Shown: positions 35,751 through 44,331 of the stretch, piece by piece
Layout: each line of letters begins with the position of its first letter
How positions within the stretch are numbered: position 1 is the stretch's first letter
NCBI GenBank assembly: GCA_944358985.1
Contig: CALVSI010000001.1
Coordinates: 13,846 to 77,845, forward strand
Direction: 5' to 3'
Source of the DNA: an uncultured Bacilli bacterium
GTDB lineage: Bacteria; Bacillota_I; Bacilli_A; RFN20; CAG-826
Length of the DNA: 64,000 nt
Program-made: the position numbers and the translations under genes
The notes under the pieces: model-generated
The model's input: only the letters and a program-made list of their open reading frames with translations
Told to the model about the DNA's origin: nothing
Database searches by the model: none

Positions 35751-36869
35751 ATGGCACAAAAAAGAGATTTGTATGAATGTCTTGGGGTTAAAAAAAATGC
35801 TAGTAAGGACGAAATTAAAAGTTCATATCGTAAATTAGCAAAAAAATATCATCCAGACAACAAAGAAACTGGCGATGAAGCAAAATTTAAAGAAGTTCAA
35901 GAAGCCTACGACATTTTATATGATGATAAAAAGCGTGCTGCCTATGATCAATTTGGTTTCGCTGCATTTGATCAAGCAGGAACAAATCCTGGACAAGGTA
36001 ATCCTTTCAGTGGCTTTAGCCAAGGTTTTGCCTCAGGAAATCCATTTGGCGATGAAGGGATTGATATAGGAGACATTTTTTCTAGTTTTTTTGGCGGTGG
36101 AAGAAGTTCTAGACGTTCTTCTAGCGGTCCAACAAGAGGAAGCGATGTTGTTATGCGTTTAACTATCGATTTCATGGACACAATAAATGGAAAAGATGTA
36201 TCGATTCCTTATACATATGATATGCCATGTCCAGATTGTAATGGCACAGGTGCTAAAACGCCAAACGATGTTAAAACTTGCCCTCAATGTAATGGTAGAG
36301 GATATATTAGAACACAAAAAAGATCATTATTTGGTGTTGTCGAGACACAAGATGTTTGTCCAACATGTGGTGGAAGTGGAAAAATAATTTCTAATCCATG
36401 TTCTAAATGTAATGGCAAAGGATATGTTAGAAGTAAGATTGACTTAAAAATTCACATTCCTGCTGGCATTAATAACGGCCAACAAATTCGTGTCAATGGA
36501 AAAGGAGAACGTGGTAGAAATGGTGGTCCAAATGGTGATTTATACGTCCAAATGGATGTAAAAAAGCATCCAATATTTACAAGGAATGGAAACGACATTT
36601 ATATTGATTTACCAATTTCAATGGTTGATGCTGCTCTTGGAGAGGATATCGAAGTTGATACAGTTTATGGTAAAAAGATTTTGACTATCCCATCTGGAAC
36701 CCAGCCAAACACAACATTAAGAATGCGAGGGTATGGTGTTAAAGATTTAAAAACACAAAAACCTGGTGATCAATATGTTAATGTTAAGATTATCATACCA
36801 ACTTCGTTAAAAAGAAATGAAAAAGACTTGTTAATGCAATTTAAATCTATACGACAAGGAAAAAAATAA
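35751..36869 (+). CDS. dnaJ: molecular chaperone DnaJ (Hsp40)
   Basis: J-domain with KKYHPD, a Gly/Phe-rich region, and four CxxCxGxG zinc-finger repeats (CPDCNGTG, CPQCNGRG, CPTCGGSG, CSKCNGKG). Confidence 0.95.
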   Translation: MAQKRDLYECLGVKKNASKDEIKSSYRKLAKKYHPDNKETGDEAKFKEVQEAYDILYDDKKRAAYDQFGFAAFDQAGTNPGQGNPFSGFSQGFASGNPFGDEGIDIGDIFSSFFGGGRSSRRSSSGPTRGSDVVMRLTIDFMDTINGKDVSIPYTYDMPCPDCNGTGAKTPNDVKTCPQCNGRGYIRTQKRSLFGVVETQDVCPTCGGSGKIISNPCSKCNGKGYVRSKIDLKIHIPAGINNGQQIRVNGKGERGRNGGPNGDLYVQMDVKKHPIFTRNGNDIYIDLPISMVDAALGEDIEVDTVYGKKILTIPSGTQPNTTLRMRGYGVKDLKTQKPGDQYVNVKIIIPTSLKRNEKDLLMQFKSIRQGKK

Positions 36870-36891
36870 TTTAAATATTGCATAAAAAATT

Positions 36892-36940
36892 AGCACTTCT
36901 TAAAAAGATTACCTATAGGTAATTAAGGAGTGCTTTTTTT
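36892..36940 (+). terminator. long compound intrinsic terminator after dnaJ; its 3' arm contains the SD of the next gene
   Basis: Outer 12-bp stem AGCACTTCTTAA / TTAAGGAGTGCT with one G.U. Inner palindrome TTACCTATAGGTAA. Then T6-7 running up to ATG 36941. Confidence 0.6.
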
Positions 36941-38131
36941 ATGTATTTTATAAGACAGTTAAATGATTCAGATTGCGGATTTGCTACTTTAAAAAATTTA
37001 TTGGCAAATATTTATAAAAATAAAAAATATTTATATTTAAAACAAGATTTAAATAAAGAAAAATATTCTTATTACGAATTAATTTTAAAAGCCAAAGATT
37101 TTGGATTATTTTTAAACGGAGTTGAGTTTAATGATGCAAAAGATTTAAAACAATTTAAAGATAAAATGTTTTTAGCATGCTTATCATTAAATAATCAAAA
37201 ACATTTAGTATTAGTAAAAAAACATAAATTATTTTTAACGATATTAGATCCAAACTGTGGAAAATACAAAATGAGCTATAAAAAATTTTATTCAACTTGG
37301 GATAAAACGATTTTATGTATTTTAAATTATAGTGAAAAGGTGGTTAAAAATGATTATTTTTTGGTCAGAAAAAATAATGTGAAATTCAGGACTGTATTTG
37401 CAGTATTATCGCGTATACTATCTATTATTAGTAGTTTTTTAGCACTTTATTTTATAGATAATAATAATTTTATATATATTTCGATTATACTTTTTATTTC
37501 GGCTTTTATATTTGAGGCAATATATCGTATTATGATGATATTTTTGTTAAAAAAAGTTGATGAAAATTTTAATAATTTTTATCAGATCAAAAGTGAGTAC
37601 AAGAAAGATTTTTTTAGTAAATTTCAAAAATATAAAAAAGACAGTGTTTCTATTTGGCCTAATTTTTTTTCTAGCGTTTTATTATCAGGTTTTATTATTT
37701 TATTATTACTTTTAAATAATGTCTTCAGCATATATTTTATATTTTTTACAATGCTAGTTAGTTTTATAAACGTTGCATTTATAAAAAATAGTTTTTTAAA
37801 GGAAGCAAAGCACCTTGCTTTAAAAGAAAAAAATATGTTAGGTGTGGATTATTCTTTTTTAGATCTTAAAAAATTATCTAATGTCTCTTATAAAATTGCC
37901 GCGAAATATTTATTTATTGAATCACTTATCACTGGGTTAATTGTTTTGTTAGTCGTGATAAGCCTTTTAATAAATAATGTGTTTAGCATTCCGTTTATAG
38001 TATTTTATAGTGTTTTATTAATATTTTTTAAAAAGCAATTTGAAGTTATTATTCAAATAAAAAGCGAACAAATTAAACTAAACACTAATTATTGTTTGAT
38101 TTTAAATATGCTTGATGATAATAATGAGTAA
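36941..38131 (+). CDS. C39 (bacteriocin-processing) cysteine peptidase domain fused to a ~6-helix membrane domain, no ABC ATPase domain
   Basis: RQLNDSDCG has Gln6 and Cys12 with the spacing seen in ComA/LagD-type C39 domains. KHLVLV (His88) and ILDP (Asp103) complete the triad. About six hydrophobic segments span residues 150-365. The ORF ends about 30 aa after the last helix, with no Walker motifs. Confidence 0.65.
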   Translation: MYFIRQLNDSDCGFATLKNLLANIYKNKKYLYLKQDLNKEKYSYYELILKAKDFGLFLNGVEFNDAKDLKQFKDKMFLACLSLNNQKHLVLVKKHKLFLTILDPNCGKYKMSYKKFYSTWDKTILCILNYSEKVVKNDYFLVRKNNVKFRTVFAVLSRILSIISSFLALYFIDNNNFIYISIILFISAFIFEAIYRIMMIFLLKKVDENFNNFYQIKSEYKKDFFSKFQKYKKDSVSIWPNFFSSVLLSGFIILLLLLNNVFSIYFIFFTMLVSFINVAFIKNSFLKEAKHLALKEKNMLGVDYSFLDLKKLSNVSYKIAAKYLFIESLITGLIVLLVVISLLINNVFSIPFIVFYSVLLIFFKKQFEVIIQIKSEQIKLNTNYCLILNMLDDNNE

Positions 38132-38212
38132 ATTTTATACAACGTATGGAAATTTCCGTAAATATCTTTTTTTGTTAGCGACTGCACGTTAAGATAAATT
38201 GGAGGCTAACTT

Positions 38213-40288
38213 ATGAAGAATATAAAACATATCAAATTTGCTTTTTTAATTCTTTCTTCGTTTGGACTTATTATGTCTTCGTGTGGTCCTACATCTTCTT
38301 CATCTAACCAAGGCGATTCATCTACGCTTAATTCTTCTATAACTACCACATCTTCTCAAAAATACGACATCATTTCTATCAGTGAAGTTTTAGAAATTGG
38401 TCAAAACGCTCCAAGTGATGGAACAAGTGAAAAATATTATGTTTCTGGGACCATTCAAAATATTGACAATAAAACTTATGGAAATATGACAATCGCCGAT
38501 GATACTGGCGAACTTTATATTTATGGTTTGTATAATTTTGATGGTTCAATTCGATATGATAGTCTTGTTGATAAGCCTATCGTAGGCGATGAAGTAATTC
38601 TTTATGGCGTTATCGCAAATTATAAAGGCACTATCGAGATGAAAAATGCTTGGTTAATTGAACATAAAGTTCAACAGCATCCTCCTGTTACATATGGAAA
38701 TTATACAATCGAAGAAGCTCGAAAGCTTGATGATGGAATTGGTGTCATTTTAAAAGGATATGTCGCATCTATTCGTTTAGGGGGAGGATATTCTCCTGCT
38801 GGATTTATATTAGTAGATGAAAAGTCATCGATATATATTTTTACTAGTGACGCTAGTAAAGTAAGTGTTGGAAATAAAGTTACTATTCAAGGTATCAAGG
38901 ATTATTGGATTTTAGAAGATGAAGTTTCTTCTGCACAAAAATTTGGCTATAAAGGAGCAAATCAAATCGGCAATGCTTCCGTTATTGAAAACGATAATCA
39001 AGTCCACAGTTTACCAATGTCTTGGATTGAAGAAACAACTGTTAAAAACCTACTTAATATTCCAGTAGAAAACGATATAACTAGTTTGGTCTACAAAGTA
39101 AATGCACAAATTATTCGTCAACAGGGGACTGGATTTATTAATTATTATATAAATGATTTTGATGGGACTGGTTCATATATTTACACTAATAATAATGGAA
39201 ACGAACTTGATGATGAATTGTTAGAATACAATGGAAAGCTATGTACACTATATATTACGGCATTGAATGCAAAATGTGATACTAGTGGAACGCTTTATCG
39301 TTTCATGCTTGTCGACATAATAAATGATTCCTATACGATGCCTGAAGAACAATTTCCTGAATTTGCCTTAGATTATTATGTGATTAATCAATTTAACGAA
39401 AAATATCAAAGCGATCCTGCAATTAGTCTGATACAAACTGTTAATAATGACATTTTAAACTTTTCGGGAGTAAACATTTCTTATTCTTCATCTAATAATA
39501 ATATTTTTACGATAACAGAAGAAAATAACGAATTGAAATTCCACTGGACTGGAATTGAAGGTGAGTCAGTTATTACTATGAACGCTACTTACAATAACTA
39601 TCAAGCAACACGCACTTTAACTATCAAAGGTGAAGATATCGGCGACATAGAAACATCAACCGTTGAAGAAGTTATTGAAGGTGATTATGGTGAAACATAT
39701 ACTGTTCGTGGTATAGCAGCAGGTAGTTATCCTCACGCCTTAAATAAAGGTTTTATGCTTGTTGATGAGACAGGAGTTTTAGCTATTATTACAACGGATG
39801 AAATTATGAAAGATATTGCTCAAGGCAACGAAGTTATTTTTAAAGGAGAAAAATATAATTACGGCGAAGCAGGAAATACAAAAGGAACAATTTGTTTAAG
39901 AAATGCCGTACTAGTCCAAAATTTATATGGAGAACACGAATATAGTAAAAACGCTATTAAAAAGGCTAGTGTGAGTGAACTATATAATTTAGATGTCACA
40001 ATTGATCATTCATTTGAATTATATGAAGTTAATGCTATTGTCGAATTTGAACGTGCACAGTACTATACAAATGTAAAAATCAAAAGCGAAGATGGTTCTT
40101 CATCTGTTCGCTTATACACAAATAATGGTGATTCAAATTATGGTTGGGTTGAAAAGTTAGCTAATAAAGTAATCAAACTTCATTTAATTCCAATTAATTG
40201 GAATAGCAAAAATTATTATACTTACGTTCTAATTATGGCAAGTGATGGTGTAACAACTCTTTATAATGAAACTACCTTTGGTCGTTAA
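38213..40288 (+). CDS. large surface lipoprotein with repeated beta-rich modules (possibly OB-fold, nucleic-acid-binding type)
   Basis: Signal peptide plus lipobox (..GLIMSS-C24) and a Ser/Thr-rich linker. A module motif recurs: YYVSGTIQNI..GNMTIADDTGELYIYG; ILKGYVASIR..AGFILVDEKSSIYIFT; YTVRGIAAGS..KGFMLVDETGVLAIIT. There is a weaker fourth copy near the C-terminus. No catalytic motif recognised. Confidence 0.55.
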   Translation: MKNIKHIKFAFLILSSFGLIMSSCGPTSSSSNQGDSSTLNSSITTTSSQKYDIISISEVLEIGQNAPSDGTSEKYYVSGTIQNIDNKTYGNMTIADDTGELYIYGLYNFDGSIRYDSLVDKPIVGDEVILYGVIANYKGTIEMKNAWLIEHKVQQHPPVTYGNYTIEEARKLDDGIGVILKGYVASIRLGGGYSPAGFILVDEKSSIYIFTSDASKVSVGNKVTIQGIKDYWILEDEVSSAQKFGYKGANQIGNASVIENDNQVHSLPMSWIEETTVKNLLNIPVENDITSLVYKVNAQIIRQQGTGFINYYINDFDGTGSYIYTNNNGNELDDELLEYNGKLCTLYITALNAKCDTSGTLYRFMLVDIINDSYTMPEEQFPEFALDYYVINQFNEKYQSDPAISLIQTVNNDILNFSGVNISYSSSNNNIFTITEENNELKFHWTGIEGESVITMNATYNNYQATRTLTIKGEDIGDIETSTVEEVIEGDYGETYTVRGIAAGSYPHALNKGFMLVDETGVLAIITTDEIMKDIAQGNEVIFKGEKYNYGEAGNTKGTICLRNAVLVQNLYGEHEYSKNAIKKASVSELYNLDVTIDHSFELYEVNAIVEFERAQYYTNVKIKSEDGSSSVRLYTNNGDSNYGWVEKLANKVIKLHLIPINWNSKNYYTYVLIMASDGVTTLYNETTFGR

Positions 40289-40373
40289 TATTTAAAAATA
40301 TTATAAAGTTGTTTTGATTATTTGGTCTAGACTTTGAAATTAATATTTTGTGTGTTAAAATAAATTTCCAAGG

Positions 40374-40865
40374 ATGGAATTAGATTTTAGTTCATTTAAA
40401 AAGCAGTACAATCGGTTCAAAAGAAAATATCTTGAAATAATGGATATTACTTTTAAGAAATTAAAGATTAAAGCCGATATTTATCTTAGTGTCGCTATTG
40501 TTGATAATGACTATATCCACACAATTAATCGTGAATATCGAAAAATCGACAAAGAGACCGATGTAATTTCGTTTGCCTTTTTAGATGATAAACATGATTT
40601 TTCTACACTTTATAAAAGAAAAGAAAAAATCATTCTTGGTGAAATTTACATATCATATGATAAAGCTAAACAACAAGCTATTGAATATGGTCATTGTTTT
40701 ACTGACGAAATGATATTTTTATTTATTCATGGCTTGTTACATCTTTTAGGATTTGATCATATGACAAAAAAAGAAGAAGAAATTATGTTTCCTCTTCAAA
40801 AAGAAATCTTAAATTTTTATAAGGAGAAAAACAATGGACAACAAAGAACTAGTCGAAAGAGCTAA
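40374..40865 (+). CDS. ybeY: rRNA maturation endoribonuclease YbeY
   Basis: Zinc motif HGLLHLLGFDH and TDVISFAF. The start is uncertain; the internal ATG at MDITF is an alternative. Confidence 0.85.
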   Translation: MELDFSSFKKQYNRFKRKYLEIMDITFKKLKIKADIYLSVAIVDNDYIHTINREYRKIDKETDVISFAFLDDKHDFSTLYKRKEKIILGEIYISYDKAKQQAIEYGHCFTDEMIFLFIHGLLHLLGFDHMTKKEEEIMFPLQKEILNFYKEKNNGQQRTSRKS

Positions 40866-41235
40866 ATTAGCCCGCAAGTTATCTTATTCGCCGTATTCAA
40901 AATTTGCAGTAGGTGCAGCATTATTGTGTAATGATGGCAGCGTTTATTTAGGAGCAAATATTGAAAATTCGTCTTACCCACTTTCAATGTGTGCTGAAAG
41001 AAATGCTATTTACAACGCTATGTTAAACGGAAAAGGGAAAAATGATTTTGTGGCTTTAGCAATTGTTGCGAATACTCCTGATATTTGTGCACCATGCGGT
41101 GCTTGTCGCCAAGTAATTAGTGAATTAATGCCAAAAGATGCAAAAGTTATTATGGCAAATTTAAATGATTCTATAAAAGCAGTAACAGTGGATGAATTAT
41201 TACCTTTTGCCTTTTCTAGTGAGGATTTAAATTAA
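40834..41235 (+). CDS. cdd: cytidine deaminase
   Basis: 133 aa. CAERNAI (zinc and catalytic Glu) and PCGACRQ motifs. AAGGAG SD. Overlaps the ybeY 3' end by 32 nt. Confidence 0.9.
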   Translation: MDNKELVERAKLARKLSYSPYSKFAVGAALLCNDGSVYLGANIENSSYPLSMCAERNAIYNAMLNGKGKNDFVALAIVANTPDICAPCGACRQVISELMPKDAKVIMANLNDSIKAVTVDELLPFAFSSEDLN

Positions 41236-41237
41236 TA

Positions 41238-42131
41238 ATGAAATCGGGTTTTGTAGCAATCATAGGAAGACCAAATGTAGGCAAGTCTACTTTGTTAAAT
41301 GCAATTTTGCAAACAAAAATTTCTATTGTAACAAATAAAAGTCAAACAACTAGAAACAATATCAAAGGAATTTATACTGAAAAAGATAGTCAGATTGTTT
41401 TTGTTGATACACCAGGTATACATAAATCACATTTTAAACTAGGTGATGAAATGAACAATATGGCGCTAAATAGTTTTAAAGATGTTGATGCTATTTTATA
41501 TATCATAGATTCGAGTAAAGATTTTGATGAATTAGATGAACAGTTATTATCATCAAATAAAATAAATAGCAAAACTCCACTCTTTTTAATCTTTAATAAA
41601 ATTGATTTAACTAACATAATTAAAATTAATAACTTAAAAAAGAAGTATTTGTCTTATTTTCCTAACGCAAAAGTAATTGAAACTGTTGCTATTAAAAATT
41701 TTAATGTTGATGATTTGATTAAAAACATAATAGAAATATTGCCAGAAGGTCCTTTTTATTATCCCGAAGATCAATTATCTGATCGCGATCTTCGTTTTCA
41801 AGCCAAAGAAATTATAAGAGAACAAGCCTTACTTTTGCTAGATAAAGAAGTTCCGCATTCTCTAGCAGTCGAAATAGAAAATTTTAAAGAATTAGAAACC
41901 AAAATCGATATTGATGCATTAATCATTGTTGAAAAAGATAGCCAAAAAGGAATTGTAATTGGAAAAAATGGAACGATGATTAAAAATATAGGAATGCGCT
42001 CTAGAAAAGAACTAGAAAAAATATTACAAACACATGTAATTTTAAATTTATATGTAAAAGTAATTAGGGATTGGCGGAATAAAAACACTATCTTAAAGCA
42101 ATTTGGATACACCAAAAATTCAAATTATTAA
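41238..42131 (+). CDS. era: GTPase Era
   Basis: GRPNVGKSTL (G1), DTPG (G3), NKID (G4) and a C-terminal KH domain (GIVIGKNGTMIK). Confidence 0.9.
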   Translation: MKSGFVAIIGRPNVGKSTLLNAILQTKISIVTNKSQTTRNNIKGIYTEKDSQIVFVDTPGIHKSHFKLGDEMNNMALNSFKDVDAILYIIDSSKDFDELDEQLLSSNKINSKTPLFLIFNKIDLTNIIKINNLKKKYLSYFPNAKVIETVAIKNFNVDDLIKNIIEILPEGPFYYPEDQLSDRDLRFQAKEIIREQALLLLDKEVPHSLAVEIENFKELETKIDIDALIIVEKDSQKGIVIGKNGTMIKNIGMRSRKELEKILQTHVILNLYVKVIRDWRNKNTILKQFGYTKNSNY

Positions 42132-42134
42132 AAT

Positions 42135-42848
42135 ATGAAATTAGTAATTATTAATATTTCTCCATATAAAGATAATGACGCTATTTTGACTTGTTTTAAT
42201 GCGGAAAATAGTTACACACTTATTGCACGAGGATTATTTTCAAATAAAAGCAAAATCTCTTTTTTAAATAACCCTTTAACTTACGCTGATATTGATATTT
42301 CAGTGTCAAAAAGAAATAACTATCAATCGGTAAAAAGTGCAAATTTGATTTTTTCTCCAATGCAAATAATGAACAATTTTAATGACATTATTTATGTAAT
42401 GATTCTGGCTGATGTTATAAAAAGATGTTTATCAGATGAAGAAAGATGTCAAATTTTTAGTGAGTTGTTATATACACTCAGCGCTATAAAAAATAATTCG
42501 AATAAAGAAACATATATATTATCTCTTTTAGCTAAAATATTAAAAATTGCTGGATTTGCGATTTCTATTGATGAATGTTGTATATGTCATAATAAACAAA
42601 ACATAGTCTCATTTTCATTATCTGACGGAGGATTCATATGCAAAAACTGTTTTGACAAAGGCATATATACAAAATATAGCAAAGAACAACTTATAATTTT
42701 TTATAATGTTTTTAAAAACTTTTTATCAGCTAAAAATAATTTTACAATCGGTGATAAAGATTTTTTTATGATTTTAGATGTTATGATTAAATTTATTGAG
42801 GAATCATTTTCAATTAAAATTAAAAATTATCAACTTCTGTTCAAATAA
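42135..42848 (+). CDS. recO: DNA repair protein RecO
   Basis: 237 aa. N-terminal OB-like segment and zinc-finger Cys pairs (CCICHN ... CKNC). Conserved era-recO order. Confidence 0.8.
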   Translation: MKLVIINISPYKDNDAILTCFNAENSYTLIARGLFSNKSKISFLNNPLTYADIDISVSKRNNYQSVKSANLIFSPMQIMNNFNDIIYVMILADVIKRCLSDEERCQIFSELLYTLSAIKNNSNKETYILSLLAKILKIAGFAISIDECCICHNKQNIVSFSLSDGGFICKNCFDKGIYTKYSKEQLIIFYNVFKNFLSAKNNFTIGDKDFFMILDVMIKFIEESFSIKIKNYQLLFK

Positions 42849-42877
42849 AATACAAAAATAATAACACTTATAATGGG

Positions 42878-42906
42878 TTGACAAAATGTGTATAATTACA
42901 TATAAT
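42878..42906 (+). promoter_or_regulatory. consensus sigma-A promoter for glyQS
   Basis: TTGACA (42878-42883), 17-nt spacer, TATAAT (42901-42906). Confidence 0.6.
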
Positions 42907-42945
42907 GTTTGCTTGTCGCGCGCCTAGGCGTGTCGGAGGTAGATT

Positions 42946-44322
42946 ATGGCTAACAAATTTAGTTTTGATAAAATTACGACCCACCTTATCACAAGTGGGT
43001 TTTTCTTTCCAGGTTCAGAAATTTATGGTGGACTTTCAAATACTTGGGATTATGGTCCACTTGGTGTAGAAATTAAAAATAATATTTCTAAAATGTGGTG
43101 GAAAAAATTCGTCCAAGAATCTTCAACAAATGTTGGAATGGATGCAGCAATATTGATGAATCCACGTGTTTGGGAAGCGACAGGACACGTTAATAGATTT
43201 AATGATCCTTTAATCGATTGTAAAAATTGTAAATCTAGACATCGCGCTGATGAATTAATCGCAAATCAATTTAAAGATGTCGATGTAAATAAAATGAGCA
43301 ATGAAGAAATGGATGATTTTATTTCTTCTCATGATGTCAAGTGTCCTATTTGTGGGAAACACGATTTTACAAAGATACGCCAATTCAATATGATGTTTAA
43401 AACTCATATCGGAGTAACGCAAGATTCTTCCAGTGTGGTTTATTTAAGACCAGAAACCGCACAAGGAATGTTTGTTGATTTTAAAAGTGTTTTACGTTCT
43501 ACTAGAAGAAAGTTGCCAATAGGCATATGTAATATTGGTAAGTCGTTTAGAAATGAAATTACTCCAGGACAATTCACTTTTAGAACAAGAGAATTTTCTC
43601 AAATGGAAATGGAATTTTTCTGCGAACCAGGAACAGATTTAAAATGGTTTGATTATTGGAAAAAGTATTGTTTTAATTTTGTTTTATCTTTAGGAATAAA
43701 CGCTGATAATCTTCGTTTCCGCGATCACGAACAAGACGAACTAGCTTTTTATAGCAAGGCTACTTCTGATATAGAATACGAATTTCCTTTCGGATGGGGT
43801 GAAATCTGGGGCATTGCTGATCGAACTGACTACGATTTGAAAAGGCACATGGAATATTCAAAACAATCATTAGAATACTTAGATCCATTGACAAACGAAA
43901 AATATATTCCATATTGTATTGAACCTAGTGTTGGTTTAGATCGTTTGATTTTAATGACACTTTGTGATGCTTACGATGAAGAAGTTTTAGAAAATGGTGA
44001 AACACGTGTTGTCATGCACTTACATCCAAGTATTGCAACTTATAAGATTGCTGTTTTGCCTTTGGTAAAAAAACTAGAAGAAAAAGCTCATGAAATTGAA
44101 ACTATCTTAAGAACATATTTTTCCATAGTTTATGATGAAACTGGAAGTATTGGAAAAAGATATCGTCGTCAAGACGCTATTGGAACGCCATTTTGCTTAA
44201 CTGTTGATTTTGATACATTAGAGGACAATTGTGTCACCATACGTGACAGAGATACCATGCAACAAATTCGTTTGCCAATTAAAGATTTAGTTAATTATTT
44301 TTCAGTTAAAGTGTTTTTTTAG
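42946..44322 (+). CDS. glyQS: glycine--tRNA ligase (single-chain, alpha2-type)
   Basis: 458 aa. Class II motifs ([21 protein letters not shown]) and a C-terminal anticodon-binding domain. Confidence 0.9.
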   Translation: MANKFSFDKITTHLITSGFFFPGSEIYGGLSNTWDYGPLGVEIKNNISKMWWKKFVQESSTNVGMDAAILMNPRVWEATGHVNRFNDPLIDCKNCKSRHRADELIANQFKDVDVNKMSNEEMDDFISSHDVKCPICGKHDFTKIRQFNMMFKTHIGVTQDSSSVVYLRPETAQGMFVDFKSVLRSTRRKLPIGICNIGKSFRNEITPGQFTFRTREFSQMEMEFFCEPGTDLKWFDYWKKYCFNFVLSLGINADNLRFRDHEQDELAFYSKATSDIEYEFPFGWGEIWGIADRTDYDLKRHMEYSKQSLEYLDPLTNEKYIPYCIEPSVGLDRLILMTLCDAYDEEVLENGETRVVMHLHPSIATYKIAVLPLVKKLEEKAHEIETILRTYFSIVYDETGSIGKRYRRQDAIGTPFCLTVDFDTLEDNCVTIRDRDTMQQIRLPIKDLVNYFSVKVFF

Positions 44323-44331
44323 GAGTAAATA

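Noticed and set aside
40374-40440. Alternative later start for ybeY (ATG at MDITF, codon 23), because the SD-like AAGG directly abuts ATG 40374.
   Set aside because: Both starts give plausible YbeY lengths and I cannot discriminate by eye. I kept the longest ORF and flagged the uncertainty in the feature.
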